64,000 nt of DNA from Dipteris shenzhenensis. Lineage: Eukaryota. Under the pieces are notes generated by a model, which saw nothing but the letters and a program-made list of their open reading frames with translations, was not told where the DNA came from and did no database searches. The position numbers and the translations under genes were made by a program. Of the stretch, positions 12,691 through 24,899 are shown piece by piece. Every line of letters begins with the position of its first letter. Position 1 is the first letter of the stretch. The stretch is from assembly GCA_047967505.1 (NCBI GenBank), contig CM106538.1. One strand, 5' to 3'.

Positions 12691-14332
12691 ATGGAACCAG
12701 AAGAGGACAGTTCTCCAGATTTGCTCCTATTTGAGTTTCTTCACAAATGCAAGGCTCAGAGTAACTTCCATTTATACCACAGTATTTTCAACATGGAGTT
12801 CTCAATGAGCTCTGTACTGGAGCAACACAAAGATTTTCTTTCAGACTATTGGGATGCCTTCAAAGAACTGACAGAGGCAGGAAGAATTGTGGGAGGTGAA
12901 AAGGTTTTTGTGCACCTTAATCATATTGTCTCCAATGACAGGCTGAGGTACCATGTGAGCAGAAGATTTGACAGCCTGCCTGCCTCCTATAAATTCAACT
13001 GTACTTTGCACACCAGAAAGTGCAGAGTGCTGGAGGAGAGCATGGCATTTCTTATGTACATTGTCTTCAGTCAGGAGTCTTTGGATGAACAAGGGCAGGA
13101 AACAGAAGAAGAAGACACATCTGAAGCTTCTGAAAAGGAGGATGTTTCTTTGGGCTCTGAAATGGCAGAGCAAGAAGAAGATATCAACCTTCAGGATGAG
13201 GGGCTGCAAGTGGCTGCTCTTGACCTTGTTCAACTGAGGAAAAAAACTCTGAGGGGAGCAGAGCCAGTTGAAGATTTTGATGTTCAGAGCAGCAACTATG
13301 CAGTGCCCATGCTTCCAGGTGTGTTGATTGGTGGAAAGGATTATGTTTTCCTCCATGATATAGAGTGTATGTTTGATTTGAGGGAGGACTATGCCATTTC
13401 CCTTATTGCCCAGGCTTCAAGGCTTGACAAGGAGGTTGGCATAGAGGATGACCATTCACTTCTGGCTTTGGAAACAATGTTTGATCCTGTAGAGGCCCTT
13501 TCATTTTGTTTCAAAGAGGCTGAAAAGTTCCAAGAGCCAGATGAAGCTGCCTTCCAACTCACATGTCAGGAAGCTATGAATCTCTCAGCTCTATACACAG
13601 AAAAGACTAGAGAAGAGGCTGTACAAGAAGGGAGAGGGATAAATCTTTGGAAAGATGAACTGCTTGTTGCTGATGAAAATGAGAAGGTACTTCAAATCAT
13701 ATACTTTGACTTCTGCTTAACTTTAGTTTTGTAGGTTGTGTATTGTCTCACTCCAATCCTTTGATATGTTGCAGCTACAAATTGAGGATGACACATTCCT
13801 CCAGAGATCAAGTGGAAGCAGGCAGGTTGGGTTTCGCGAAATGTCAGGCCTAGCTCATTATATTCATGATCTAGGCAGTGCCAAGATCTTGATTTACCAT
13901 AGGCAGTTGAGCAACAATGGAGAAGCCATTGTTTACTTCCTAAAATGTTTGTCCAGGGCTTTAGGTGGACATGCTCTTTCATGGCAAAAGGAAAAGATCA
14001 TTTTGATAGAGAGGTTGTCTGCCATAGATATATTTGGAGATTATGTGAATAAGCAGGCCTCTAGGGCCGCTTACTTTTTGTCTTACACTTCTTATGCATT
14101 AGCATGTGGTGTTAAGGACCCCAAATATCTGGAGGGCTATGGAAAACACCAGCTCGTAAGGTTTCGAGAGCCACCCATGATTGCATCAGGCCACACAGTC
14201 CAAGAAGAGGAACAGGTGGAGAGAGCTGAAGAAAAGGATAAAGAGACAGTCGACATCAAGCCAATAAAGAAGAAAAAGACTCCAATCAAGATCAAAAAGA
14301 GAGTTCCGATGAACAGGCCCTGGGAGAAATAG
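12691..14332 (+). CDS. Transposon cargo gene C: acidic protein of unknown function, at least 517 aa (exons 12691-13686, 13775-14332; probable extra 5' exons at about 12462-12536 and from 12641)
   Basis: Two long ORFs joined by a phase-0 GT-AG intron (13687-13774); Glu-rich segment and basic NLS-like C-terminus KKKKTPIKIKKR. Confidence 0.65.
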
Positions 14333-14656
14333 GATTTAGTCATCGAAATATAGCACAAACATTATATTAAATTTGAACTGATTTGTATAAAGTCTTTGAT
14401 ATCTGGTATGATCTTGTATAAATGATTAATAAGTTGATGATGAAATGATTTGTACATTTACATAGAGTGGTGTCGTTAAATATTAAATGAACAATATATT
14501 GAAATTGTAAACAAATTGTATTAAGTTCAGATCATATGTTTCACATTGAAATTTTTTTCATGCATAACACCAAGAGTCACTTATTCCACTAAAAAAATTT
14601 CTATTGAATGAGTTTGAAAACATGTGGACATAACACCAATAAGTTACAAATGAGTC

Positions 14657-17389
14657 CTATTCATGTTTACTTGTCCATTTATGGTTTCTAAATATCTTCG
14701 ATTCCCTCCACTGTCTATGTCTCTCTGCTGCAATTGAATTGTCTAGAGCTTGTCTTCGTCTTTGCTTTTGGGCTAGAAGAAAAGCAAGCTTGATTTTGGA
14801 GCTAGCAACTTTTCTTTTAGCATGCAGCCTTTGTAGTATGCCTCGGTAAAACCATTGGAAGACTTCCTTCAGACTATTCGCCTTCTGACTCCCTCCATAG
14901 TGTTGTGTGTGTCTAAAAAATGCATTACGTGCCATGTAGTGAGACTTCTCCATGCCTTGGGTAGACCAAATAGCTGGGCATCCATACTTTTTGACAAAAT
15001 AGGGAAGGTGGTTGTATATGATATGCTGTAAGACATAAGAATGCATAGTAAGTAATTAAAAAAAAGAAGATCACACTTAAGTAAAAGAAAAAGACATAAC
15101 CTTAGCATGTAGTGAGTTATATTGCAGGTTGTCCACGCGTCTTTCATTGACTTTCCAAAATGTTTAATTGCCTCCTCAAAGTTCTTGTAATCACTCTTTG
15201 TCCATGTTACTTTGTCACAGAACATGAAGAGTTGATCAAGAGACCTCCACACCTCTGCCTTCCTATTTCGTGCTTCCCCATCTGCCTCATGATCTTTCAC
15301 AGCATTATGGACTTGCTTCCACAATCCATAATTAATCTTTGAAACTGCTCTACCTTGCCTTACTTGCTTACTGTGTTTGGGTCAAGACAAGAATCTTCTT
15401 GCCTTAACACCACCAATAGAGGGCTTGATTGGTACCTCCTTGCCATTGGTAGACTTTTTAAAATCCTTTGTGATTTGAACATCTCCTCCATGCAGACCTA
15501 TATCGGATAACACTTTTTCCAATGCTTGAAGAGCATCCTTTCTTTTTCGGGACGGAGTTTCCAAGCAAATCCAATATATAAAAATACCAATTTCTCAATA
15601 ATTCGACATAGACCATGCAATGTGCAGATGTGAACATTACATAGTGGAATGTCCAGAATGGCCTTGAAGTCAGGGTCAACTTTATCTCTATTAGGTGCTC
15701 TCTTCCACCATTTTGAATCCATTACTTGAGCTGATTCTTTGCAGTAAAGACAAGGAGACTTTGAGTTGCCTCCTTTACTAATGTTATACATGCACTTAAG
15801 TGTTTTAAGATCCCCGGCCATGTGTCACTCTACTTGAAAATCACCTTTTCCTGCAACATGGAGATTCTCGCCTTGCACTTGTCTTTTGATTATTGTTGGT
15901 ATTTCCGTGTGATGAAACACCCAATCTAGTGTTTCATGGTCTTCGGTCTTCACCTGTGAGATTATAGAAAACAAAAGTATTACTATATCAGATTTGAAAA
16001 CAATGACCAAAATCAAGTATAAAACAACCCATGATCATACCTGGAACGACGAGCCTAACCACCATATGTGTTTCTCTGACTGCACACTAAAATACTTCGA
16101 ACTCGCTTCAGTCAATGATGTATCAATTGCTCCATTCATCAATGTAATAGTAACTCTTTCCATTTTCTTTTCCTTTACAACCTCACACTCATCCAGTTTG
16201 ATAACAAATTTCAAAATGCCTTTGCACTCCTCAAATGTTATTCCATAAAACTCGACCATTCTTTTTTGAAGTTGTTGCAGATCTAAAAATATATTGTTCC
16301 AAGGATCATACACAGTGGTTCCTTTAACACCATGAAATATTTCTTCAATATGGATATATTGCCCAATAAATTCATCTATACTTTCATTCAAATGACCTCT
16401 TATCCTCCACACGGTTGCTGGATTTGGCAGTAAAACTCGTTTAATCCTTTGATCTTTCAAAGTTGAGGATATCGCATGGAAAATCGAACTATATCCCTTC
16501 CTGCTAACTCCACTAACATCAAGAGCCTCTTGGATTATAGTGCCATCAACTTGATTATTGGATACAAAGTCCTCTACAACATTGCGTTTGACTGTTTGTA
16601 TTTTTTTTCCTCAATCAAACCTTTTGCTACACCGCAAGAAAGCAATCCTTTCATTTGTTTAACAGGAAGAAGGTTCGGGTCCATATTTTCTTTTGCAGGC
16701 TCCAATAATTTCCTGTAATAACAACACAATATGACTATATTATTCAGCACCTCCATTCTTGTTTTGCGACAATCAACGAAATAGATATAGTCTGGAAGAG
16801 AGCCTTTTTGAGTATACAAAATGATAAATTTCAATCTAACCTTGCTTCCTGAATTCGTCGCTTGCATCCACCAGTCCCAGCCTTCAAATTTGCAATGTTT
16901 TTAATCTTCCTGCTACGTTGTCTGTCTCCAAGCACGGTTCTCTTCTTTCTTGCTCTTGTCAATTCTTTTTTACTCTTTGAATGCTCCTCGATTTCATTCT
17001 GCAACTGCTGCTCCAATTTTGCACGAATGGCTATCTCCTCCATCTTGGCCCCCTTTTCTTGTAGGTACATCATTTTATACGTTTCCGCAAATGCACTGCG
17101 CTGAAATATAACCAAGAAGTCCATTTTGTCCATCGCCGGCAAACCTCAGTAATGTGGTGGGATTGACAAATGGAGGTGTAGAGTTTTTTACATGACATTT
17201 TGGATATATGCTTCCATCGCACCATAAGTCAATATGTTGAAGCCCTTCTCTTCTCATATTTTCCCGCTGTTGAGCATTCAGCACCGTATCCTTTCGTCTT
17301 TTTTGTGCTGGAGCATATTGTTCTTCCAAGTCGATGTGAAGATGGTGTAATCGCTTCTTCTCAGATAGTGACTCACTAGTATCGGCCAT
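14657..17389 (-). pseudogene. RAG1-core/Transib/Chapaev-like DDE transposase, inactivated
   Basis: Ordered motifs LGDRQRSRKI, VSRKGYSSI..LLPNP, FVIKLDE (D), AGDLK..SPCLYC (D + CxxC), CTLH, ITHYM|HIIYNHLP..KKYG..WSTQGMEKSH (H..H, E). In-frame TGA at 15825-15827 and 15382-15384; frameshifts near 16601-16608 and about 15545. Confidence 0.78.
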
Positions 17390-17758
17390 TTTTTGTGCTC
17401 CTCAGGTTGCGAAGTTTGTTTTTCAATCTCATAGTCGTTTTGTAACATGAATCGTGGAAGTGTGGCGGTATCCATGTGAATATTTTGAAAACTTGCAATC
17501 ACTAAGTTCAGTGATGGACTCTTAATGAAAGACCTGCACACGTCGGCCAAAGAGATGCGGAATCTTTCGTAAACAAAAAAAAATCTAAGAGGATATTTAA
17601 TACAAAATCGTGTTAGTCAGACAAAAGATTATCTTATTCCTTTTTGAATTGACAGTTCTGTAGTACTTACTGACAAATCTGAGCCACGTTTCCGTATTTT
17701 ACTATTTTTGAGGTCTTTTAGGAGAGAAATAAATCAAAAAATAGTGAATTTCTTACAG

Positions 17759-17790
17759 GGCCCCAAAATGAGTTCCCTTTTTCCCTAATG
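17759..17790 (-). repeat. Right terminal inverted repeat (reads CATTAGGGAAAAAGGGAACTCATTTTGGGGCC on minus)
   Basis: Partner of 5554-5585. Confidence 0.93.
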
Positions 17791-20094
17791 ATGTTACGCC
17801 ATGGATGCTTCACTTGTTTGCAAATCTCGCTAGCCTCTACCAGATCTTCAAATTCCTCTTGCACATCTAATGTTCCCCGCATCTTCTCCAAAATGGCACG
17901 GCCCTTGTCAAGATAGCCTCGTTGGATAAGACTGCTGGGTGAATCAGGCAAGAAAAGGGCTCCTATCACGATGACAGTTGAAGGAATGATGGTCGAACCG
18001 AGGGAAATCCTCCAGCCCCAGGGAACAATATTGGAAGTCCCGTAATTCACAAGGAAAGCCGTGAAAACGCCAAAACTTAGAGCCACTTGGTTCATTCCAT
18101 TGAGTCCACCTCGTAACCTGTGGGGAGCAACTTCCGACAGGTACAAAGGCACAGACTGCAGGGCACGATTCAATCTAAGCTTCGTTTCTCTTTCTTACGT
18201 TTTCTCTCAAAAGGAAGCAGCAAGCAATCCATACTTATAAATTTCATAGGGAAGTTAAAGCTCAAGATGCCGAACTTGATTTGTAAAGCCGAGGCGGATT
18301 CCCAGTAAGATACGTCCCAACAGTAGCATTGCCAGGTCCTGAGCAGCACCGTTGAGGACGGACCCAACAACGAAACAAATCCCTTCCGTCATGATAGAAG
18401 CTCTCCTTCCATACTTGCTCGTAAAGGTCGCTGCAAATAACGAGGTAACTAATCCCGCTAGATAGAGCGAGGACGTGAATGCCGTGAGGACTTGACTGTT
18501 AAACTTGCAATAGTTGTCGGTCTTGGCTGAGTGTCGCTGGCGATAAACCTTGGGAAAGAATTTGAGAAGGAAGTCATCCATGGCGGTAACGCCCCCTGGA
18601 AGCGTCAAATGGTTAAATACAATCCGCGCAAAACTTGTATATTTCGATTATTGGAAGTCGGAAGCGGACCTGAGATTCCGAGATCGAAGCCAAAGATGAG
18701 TCCACCGGTGGCGGCTGTGATGCAAGCGAGAATTACGTAAAGGGTAGCATGGCGAGTGTAATGGTAGTCGCGCTTGGAGGAAGGAAGGAAGAAGGCGCCC
18801 CCCGCCATGGCTTCTATGGGCAGGAGCTTCTTGTCCAAAGAGAATTATAGAGGTTGCGTGCTGGTTTGCATTTCTAGTCTCTAAAAGTCACTCACAAGGT
18901 TCACACCTTCCAATTAGATTCACACATCCCTTCCACTTTTTGCTTGCCCCGGTTGCTCCCTAGTTCACTTCAAGGAGGTGGGTCCCTAGTTCACTTCATG
19001 GAGGTGGGTCCCAACGCCACCCTCAAATGGCCAAGCACCTACATCTACCTCAAATAGAGAGAGACGACTCCTATTGAACATCCATGACTTGGGTTCTCAT
19101 ATCTCGAATGTGACTCCCAAAATCATTAAGCCAAGATGCTTCATAAGAGTCCAAGCTATCCGATCTCCCTTTTTGACTCTTGAGGCCTCTAGGTTCCCTT
19201 TGTCACTTTCTCTTGTACAGCACTAAGTAACTAGTAATGTATACGACAACTTTTCCAACAATTAGGGAGACTTGAACGTGTGCATGGTAATGCTATTAGA
19301 ATCATAAATTTTAAGTGAGCGAATATGCATTCTTCATGTATATTGCATTCATTTATGAATTTTATGAACGCACACATCTATTCACCACACACTACAAAGG
19401 GCCCACAAATCTTAATATCATTGGGACCATGAGAACTAAGGATTTGATATGCTCCTTTTAACCAGGTGTGATCATGTTTAACTTTCTATTTCGTTTTGGC
19501 AGTACCTTCTCTATAGGCACTATGCCCTTGGCACATTTAACCTTTGATAATTTCCTCATAATGAAGTACATGCACATAGCAAAAAATGAGAGAACATGCT
19601 ACTTATGACATTGTACAAATGAATATATATCTAAATTGAAACAATTTACATAAAAATCTCAACCATGTAAGTATAATTTCAAATATGAATATAAATAAAC
19701 ATACATATCATATATATATCCATTTATATATAAAGTATTGTTAAATAATATAACCACACACCTTATGGAGGGAGAGCTCGACACACTTCCACTTGCCCTC
19801 CTCTCATAAATAAGAAAGAATAATTATTTATGGTATCATGAGAGTTCTCAACTATTGTGTCAATGGTCAAAATGGGCTAGAACCTCCTTTTATTGAAAGC
19901 TTATGATCGTCAAACCCAATGTTATTTCTGGTTGACATCTTGGTATTATATTTGAAAGCCTCGATCAACATACATATTTATTATCTACAAAAGTGTCTTA
20001 TTCAAAGAGATTCGATCAAAACCAATCAACATGAGGAAATGTATTGATGTGTGAATGGTCCACAATACCTTAGAGACAACCTTGGATACTTACC

Positions 20095-20141
<47 letters not shown>

Positions 20142-20178
20142 TCTCTCTCTCTCTCTCCCCCTCTGTGTGTGTGCGTGC

Positions 20179-20233
<55 letters not shown>

Positions 20234-21039
20234 CATGCGTGTGTGTGTGTGTGTTGCCACTATTCCTCTCATTTCCAAGTTTTAAGGGTGTTGGTCGTCT
20301 ACAGTCATGTCATTGCTCATTGTAGCATAGGAGTTCACAAATGTAGCATAGGTTCTAGGGTCATATTTTGGTGAGAGGTGTAGTGTCAAAAGCAATTCAA
20401 GTTCATGGTCAAATGAGAAAGAAGTAATGATCACAAGGATTGAGGGAATTCTCACCTCCAAAGTAGTCAAAGGGTTTAGCAAAGGGTTCCAGAGTTTAGA
20501 AGGATGGTAGGGTTAAGAAAGCTAACTAGGGTCCTAGGCTTTAGAAAGACCTCATGAGAAAGCATACTAGGGTTGAGGAGTGGAGAGCTAGTCTCCTTCA
20601 CATACTATGAATGGGGTTTAGGGTTGAGGAGGGGTGAACAACAGTGAGAAGGAGGAGGGGGCTCAATGCACAATTGGGTGTAGGGACAAGTTTGGGGCCA
20701 CAATGCAATGCACTGGTGGGCGATAGTTTGAATTTCAGGTGGACTCGCTCTCTCACCATAAAATTTTCCAATGTAATGATTGCCTTACTGGAATAATAAT
20801 GAGACGCAATCTATTAAAACTTATTGTTCTGAACACCACAGAGATGAACACATGTCACTACATGAGATGTCCTACCTTCCTTCGTATAGTCTCTATGCTA
20901 TATCTTTGTACATTAGACTATCCACAATTTGTCATGTCATCTACCCGCAACTTGCCACCTGTCATCTATATGCAGCTCTCTAGCATTGATCTAGATTTGC
21001 AACCACTACGCTGACATTGGCTTGGTGCGACCACTACGC

Positions 21040-21720
21040 TAGTTCTTGGAGGTGGTTGTAGCTATTTCTAATTAAACCAAAGAAAATGTGTTTACGTTAA
21101 TTGGTTGGGTCACGTGAGACCCAATTTGGAGTCCCACAATTATTCATATATTTCGGATCGATTTTAAAACAAGTGGTTAGAAGTTAATCCTAAATGAAGA
21201 AAAAAACATTTCCTTGTGCAACAAGCGCGCTGGTTCTATTTTAGTGTTCATTGCAATTAATTCTAAACCAAGAAAAATATATTTCCTTGCAACAAATACG
21301 CTAGTTCTATTTTAATGCAGTGGTTGCACGAAGTTAAACATCTTCTTTTGTTCAAAATTGAATCCTTTTCCTTCGTTTTAAAGTTAATTCTAAACAAAGG
21401 AAAATGTATTTCCTTGTGCAACCACTGTGTTGGTTCTATCTAAGTGGGGGTTGCAATTGATCATTAACCAAGGAAAATGTATTTCCTTCCAACCACCACA
21501 CTAGTTCTTGGAACTATTTAGTGCTACTTGTAGTGAATCCTAAAACCAAGGGAAATGTATTTCCCAGTGTAGCCACCACACTGGTTCTATTTTACTGCAA
21601 GTTGCAGTTAATCCTAAACCAAGAAAAATGTATTTCCTTGCAACCACCATGCTGGTTCTTGGAACTATTTTAGTGATGCCTGCATTTATACCTAAAACTA
21701 AGGAAAATGTGTTTCCTTGT
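21040..21720. repeat. Degenerate ~60-80-bp tandem repeat (AACCAAG(G/A)AAAATGTATTTCCTTG)
   Basis: Motif recurs about seven times. Confidence 0.7.
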
Positions 21721-21768
21721 GCATCAATTGCTTGTGACAACGACTGCAATAGTAGTATTATTTATATT

Positions 21769-22127
21769 AATGTGGTCGGTGGCCTATTTCGGGACTGACC
21801 CCCAGTCAACCGTTTTGGGCGGACTGGGTCGGTCACCGAATTGGGTCTAACCGACTACGACTAGTGGCTATATAAGAGCGAGCTCGTGAAGCCCATTTCA
21901 TCACTGGCTATGGCAACCCTGATTCCTTAGCATCCAGCCTCTGTCCTCTACTGTTTCCAGCTTGCCATCAAAGCTTCTTTCACAGGAGCGCACGGTTGGG
22001 AGGCAGCGCCATCTATTGTATCAGATCCACAGTAATCAAATTTTTGATTCTCCATACTATCTGTTTTCTCTCTTGCGTACGAGATCTTGTTATCTGTTGA
22101 GCAGAGACGTTGTATTTTTTTCTTACA
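21769..22127 (+). mobile_element. 5'-truncated solo LTR of the Copia family found at 57955-64000
   Basis: Highly similar to 58288-58628 and to the reverse complement of 60682-61020; ends ...TTCTTACA. Confidence 0.8.
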
Positions 22128-23226
22128 GGAAGCACCATCCAACCACACCCAATATTTTCTTGTACATGGGGATCATCATTTTTTAGCCATTCCTAATGCA
22201 ATAGAAAACCATGCTGCACAAATAAGGTGTCTTGTTCCCTATCATCCAAAATGTAGAAAGGGTATGTGCATTGCACAGTGCACTGACTTGGACTCCGAGT
22301 TAATAAAGCATATTGGCATCAGCTGTACAAGAAACAAGCAAATGATTGTACATGATATGCACTAGATTGATATCTGGTTGTTGTACTAGTGAGCACTTTG
22401 TATCTCATCTTGTTCTTAAAATGAGTAATTTTCTGCAAAATCTATGACAGAGACAATAGTGTCATGGAGAAATTTGGCAAGGCACTTCCTAAATTGGTTA
22501 TCTTGCTAAGTGGCTGTGAAATTTTCATTAGGGGAGATTTGGGATCAAAAAGGGCCTCATAAGGAATGGATTAGGAAATGGATTAAGGGCTAAGCAAGCA
22601 AAGGATGGGTGCCAAAGATCTTACAAATTGCACTTCCCTAGGCATGGGGGTGAGCCATTGTCCCCCAAAAAGTACAACTTCCCATTTCCCAAAACATGCT
22701 CCTCTTAGCTCTCTCTTGGAGGGTCCCTATCCCAAGAAAGTGTCTCACGTATGCCACCTCACCCAAAAATTTAAATTTTTGAAAAAAGTCTAAATAGCTT
22801 GGAAATCCTCCCAAACTTTTGACCAAAACCATTTTTCGACCCGCAACCATTTTCCTCTAACCTTTAAGCTTGGATACCATCCAAAAATCTATACCTATTG
22901 ACCTAAACCAATGCTCATCCCCCACATTGAGTAGAAACCATTCTCTAACCCATATCCATTGACCCAAACCAATCTTCATATCCAAATCCATTTTCCTCTC
23001 ATCTTGTTAGTATTTTGTAAATTTCATATCCTATCAGTCTCCATTGCAAGATATCACCAACATGAAGCACAAATACATCCTACACATTGAGATGACACCC
23101 AAGTATGCCACAACTTGTCAGTGCAATGTCATGAGGCTAGTATATCAAGAAATGTACCCTTAGACAAATAATCCATCAACTCGGCATATTCATGCTCACA
23201 ATAGTCAACTACAAAGAGTTCAACTT

Positions 23227-23645
23227 CTAGAAGTTTAGTAGTAGCTCCCTAGCAGGTGTAGGAAGTCTTAATAAGAAGTTAGCTCCTACATGGGTTTTCC
23301 CAGGTTTATGAATAATTTTAAAGTTCAACTCTTCAAGAAGAAGCACCCAATGCACAAGGAGTCCTTGAATAATAGTCTTATTGATTAGATAAAGTAATGC
23401 CTGATGGTCCACATAAAACACTAAAGGATTGCTGAGTAAATAATTTCTTAATCTTTGCACACTGAATATCATACCCAAAGCTTCTCTCTTGGTGGTACTA
23501 TAGTTGGACTCAGTAGGTATCTATAGCAGACTAGCATAATATAGTGGGGATAATCTAGTCGACCATTTGGCTGAGCCAAAATAATGCATAAAGCATACCT
23601 AGAAGCATTTACAGGCAAATGGAAAATAACATCCCACCTGGTTGC
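23227..23645 (-). mobile_element. Ty3/Gypsy RNase H fragment
   Basis: VNAS..ILAQ, RLRNYLL..VFYVDHQAL, WVLLLEELNFKIIHKPGKTHVGANFL. Confidence 0.75.
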
Positions 23646-23881
23646 CTTAAAATGGCATCTACCCTTGGGTGCTGCAGTCCACCCCTTTTTTTTTCCTCTA
23701 TCAAGATAAAGTTTTTTTTGGTGATGGAATTTCACCACACATTACAAGGGTATGCTAGTGGCCATTTGCATCTTCATTTTAAATAAATTTTCTTGGGAGG
23801 AAAATTGTACTATAAAACATTTCATAGAAACAAAAAGAATTGCTTTACACGCCTTTAACAAAAAAGATTTCCTTGAACTTT

Positions 23882-23934
<53 letters not shown>

Positions 23935-24899
23935 ATTAATGTCCATAGAAGAGCAACAGGTCTATGGGATAGCAAAAAAACCATCTAGTACATCTGCTTT
24001 AGGGAGGGAACATGGCAGCTCCCAGGGAGTGCAAAAGCAACCCAATTATTTAGAGCACTTACATAATAGTTTGAAAGAGTAATCAACCATACATTAGTTT
24101 TAGATGGAGAGTCTTTTGGTTTTGGATTTAAACTCTTTGATTAGTGCTATGCCTTCACGAAAAACTACCCATTTTCCATCCTTCCTAGTAGCCCTGACTT
24201 TAGCTAATTCCATTGCCTTATTCTTCAATTGAGCTCATGTAAGTTCCTCAGATATCCATACCTTGGTCCCTTTCAATTTGCAAGATTGTCAAAGGAGCTT
24301 GATCTATAAATCTCGTGACTTAAGTGTAAGGATAGCATGTCCTCTGGAGTGCTGGATATTAGTTGCTCCCTCATCATCATCATCATCATCATCATCATCA
24401 ACCTTCCATTCAATATTAGGCATGGCTACTTTGACATGTGCTAAAGTCTCACTCAAAGAGTCATCATTTTTGAACCATGCTTCAAGGAGGCCCCCCACCC
24501 TAATCTTCAATGCACTATCACGTTTGGCTTTGTGTTCTTTGATCTCTTCTTGGATATCAATCTTGTTTGCCTTTGTGTCAAAATCGTCAATAACTTCTTT
24601 CTTGATTGATTGTACTTTAGTATGAACCATATTGGATCGCCCAAGGGCCAGATGGCAATCCACTCCTTTTTTAAAATTTGTCAAGATAATTTTTTTTGGG
24701 GTAATGCACTTGCACTATAGATTACAAGAGTATGCTAGTGGCCGTTTACATCAAGAAAATATCGTGAGAGAGAAAAATTGTATAAAATAATACATAGAAA
24801 CACAAACAACTGCTTCAGACATGCCTTTAACAAGAATGATTATCATTGCTTCCAAAAATTTGGTAACATCATGTAAAATAGATAGTGTATATATAGCTC

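Larger units (their letters stand above)
5554..17790. mobile_element. 12,237-bp TIR DNA transposon with RAG1/Transib-like transposase and chromatin-related cargo genes
   Basis: Bounded by 32-bp inverted repeats (30/32 match), interrupts an STP exon precisely, and contains a DDE transposase remnant. Confidence 0.92.
4741..18808 (-). pseudogene. STP: Sugar transport protein (MFS hexose/H+ symporter, STP family) disrupted by a 12.2-kb insertion. Exons 18808-18670, 18595-18276, 18155-17791 + 5553-5292, 5163-4741; 502 aa once the insert is removed
   Basis: Motifs GGLIFGFDLGISGGVT, NYCKFNSQVLTAFTSSLY, SVPLYLSEVAP, PFFQEFTGINIITFYAPVLF, WSWGP..LVPSEIFPLEIRSAG, LPETK. GT-AG introns are in compatible phases. 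Joining 17791 to 5553 gives HPWRNIFERRYRPELVM. Confidence 0.93.

Noticed and set aside
5554-17790. RAG1-RAG2 (ProtoRAG) pair with RSS-like ends
   Set aside because: No kelch/PHD RAG2-like ORF recognised, and no CACAGTG heptamer/nonamer at the termini.
5552-17792. AT as a 2-bp TSD
   Set aside because: Removing one AT frameshifts the STP exon; keeping both restores the conserved peptide.
20051-20374. ORFs with SLSLSL/ERERER runs (also 23742-24082 and 28734-29159)
   Set aside because: Translations of CT/GA microsatellites.
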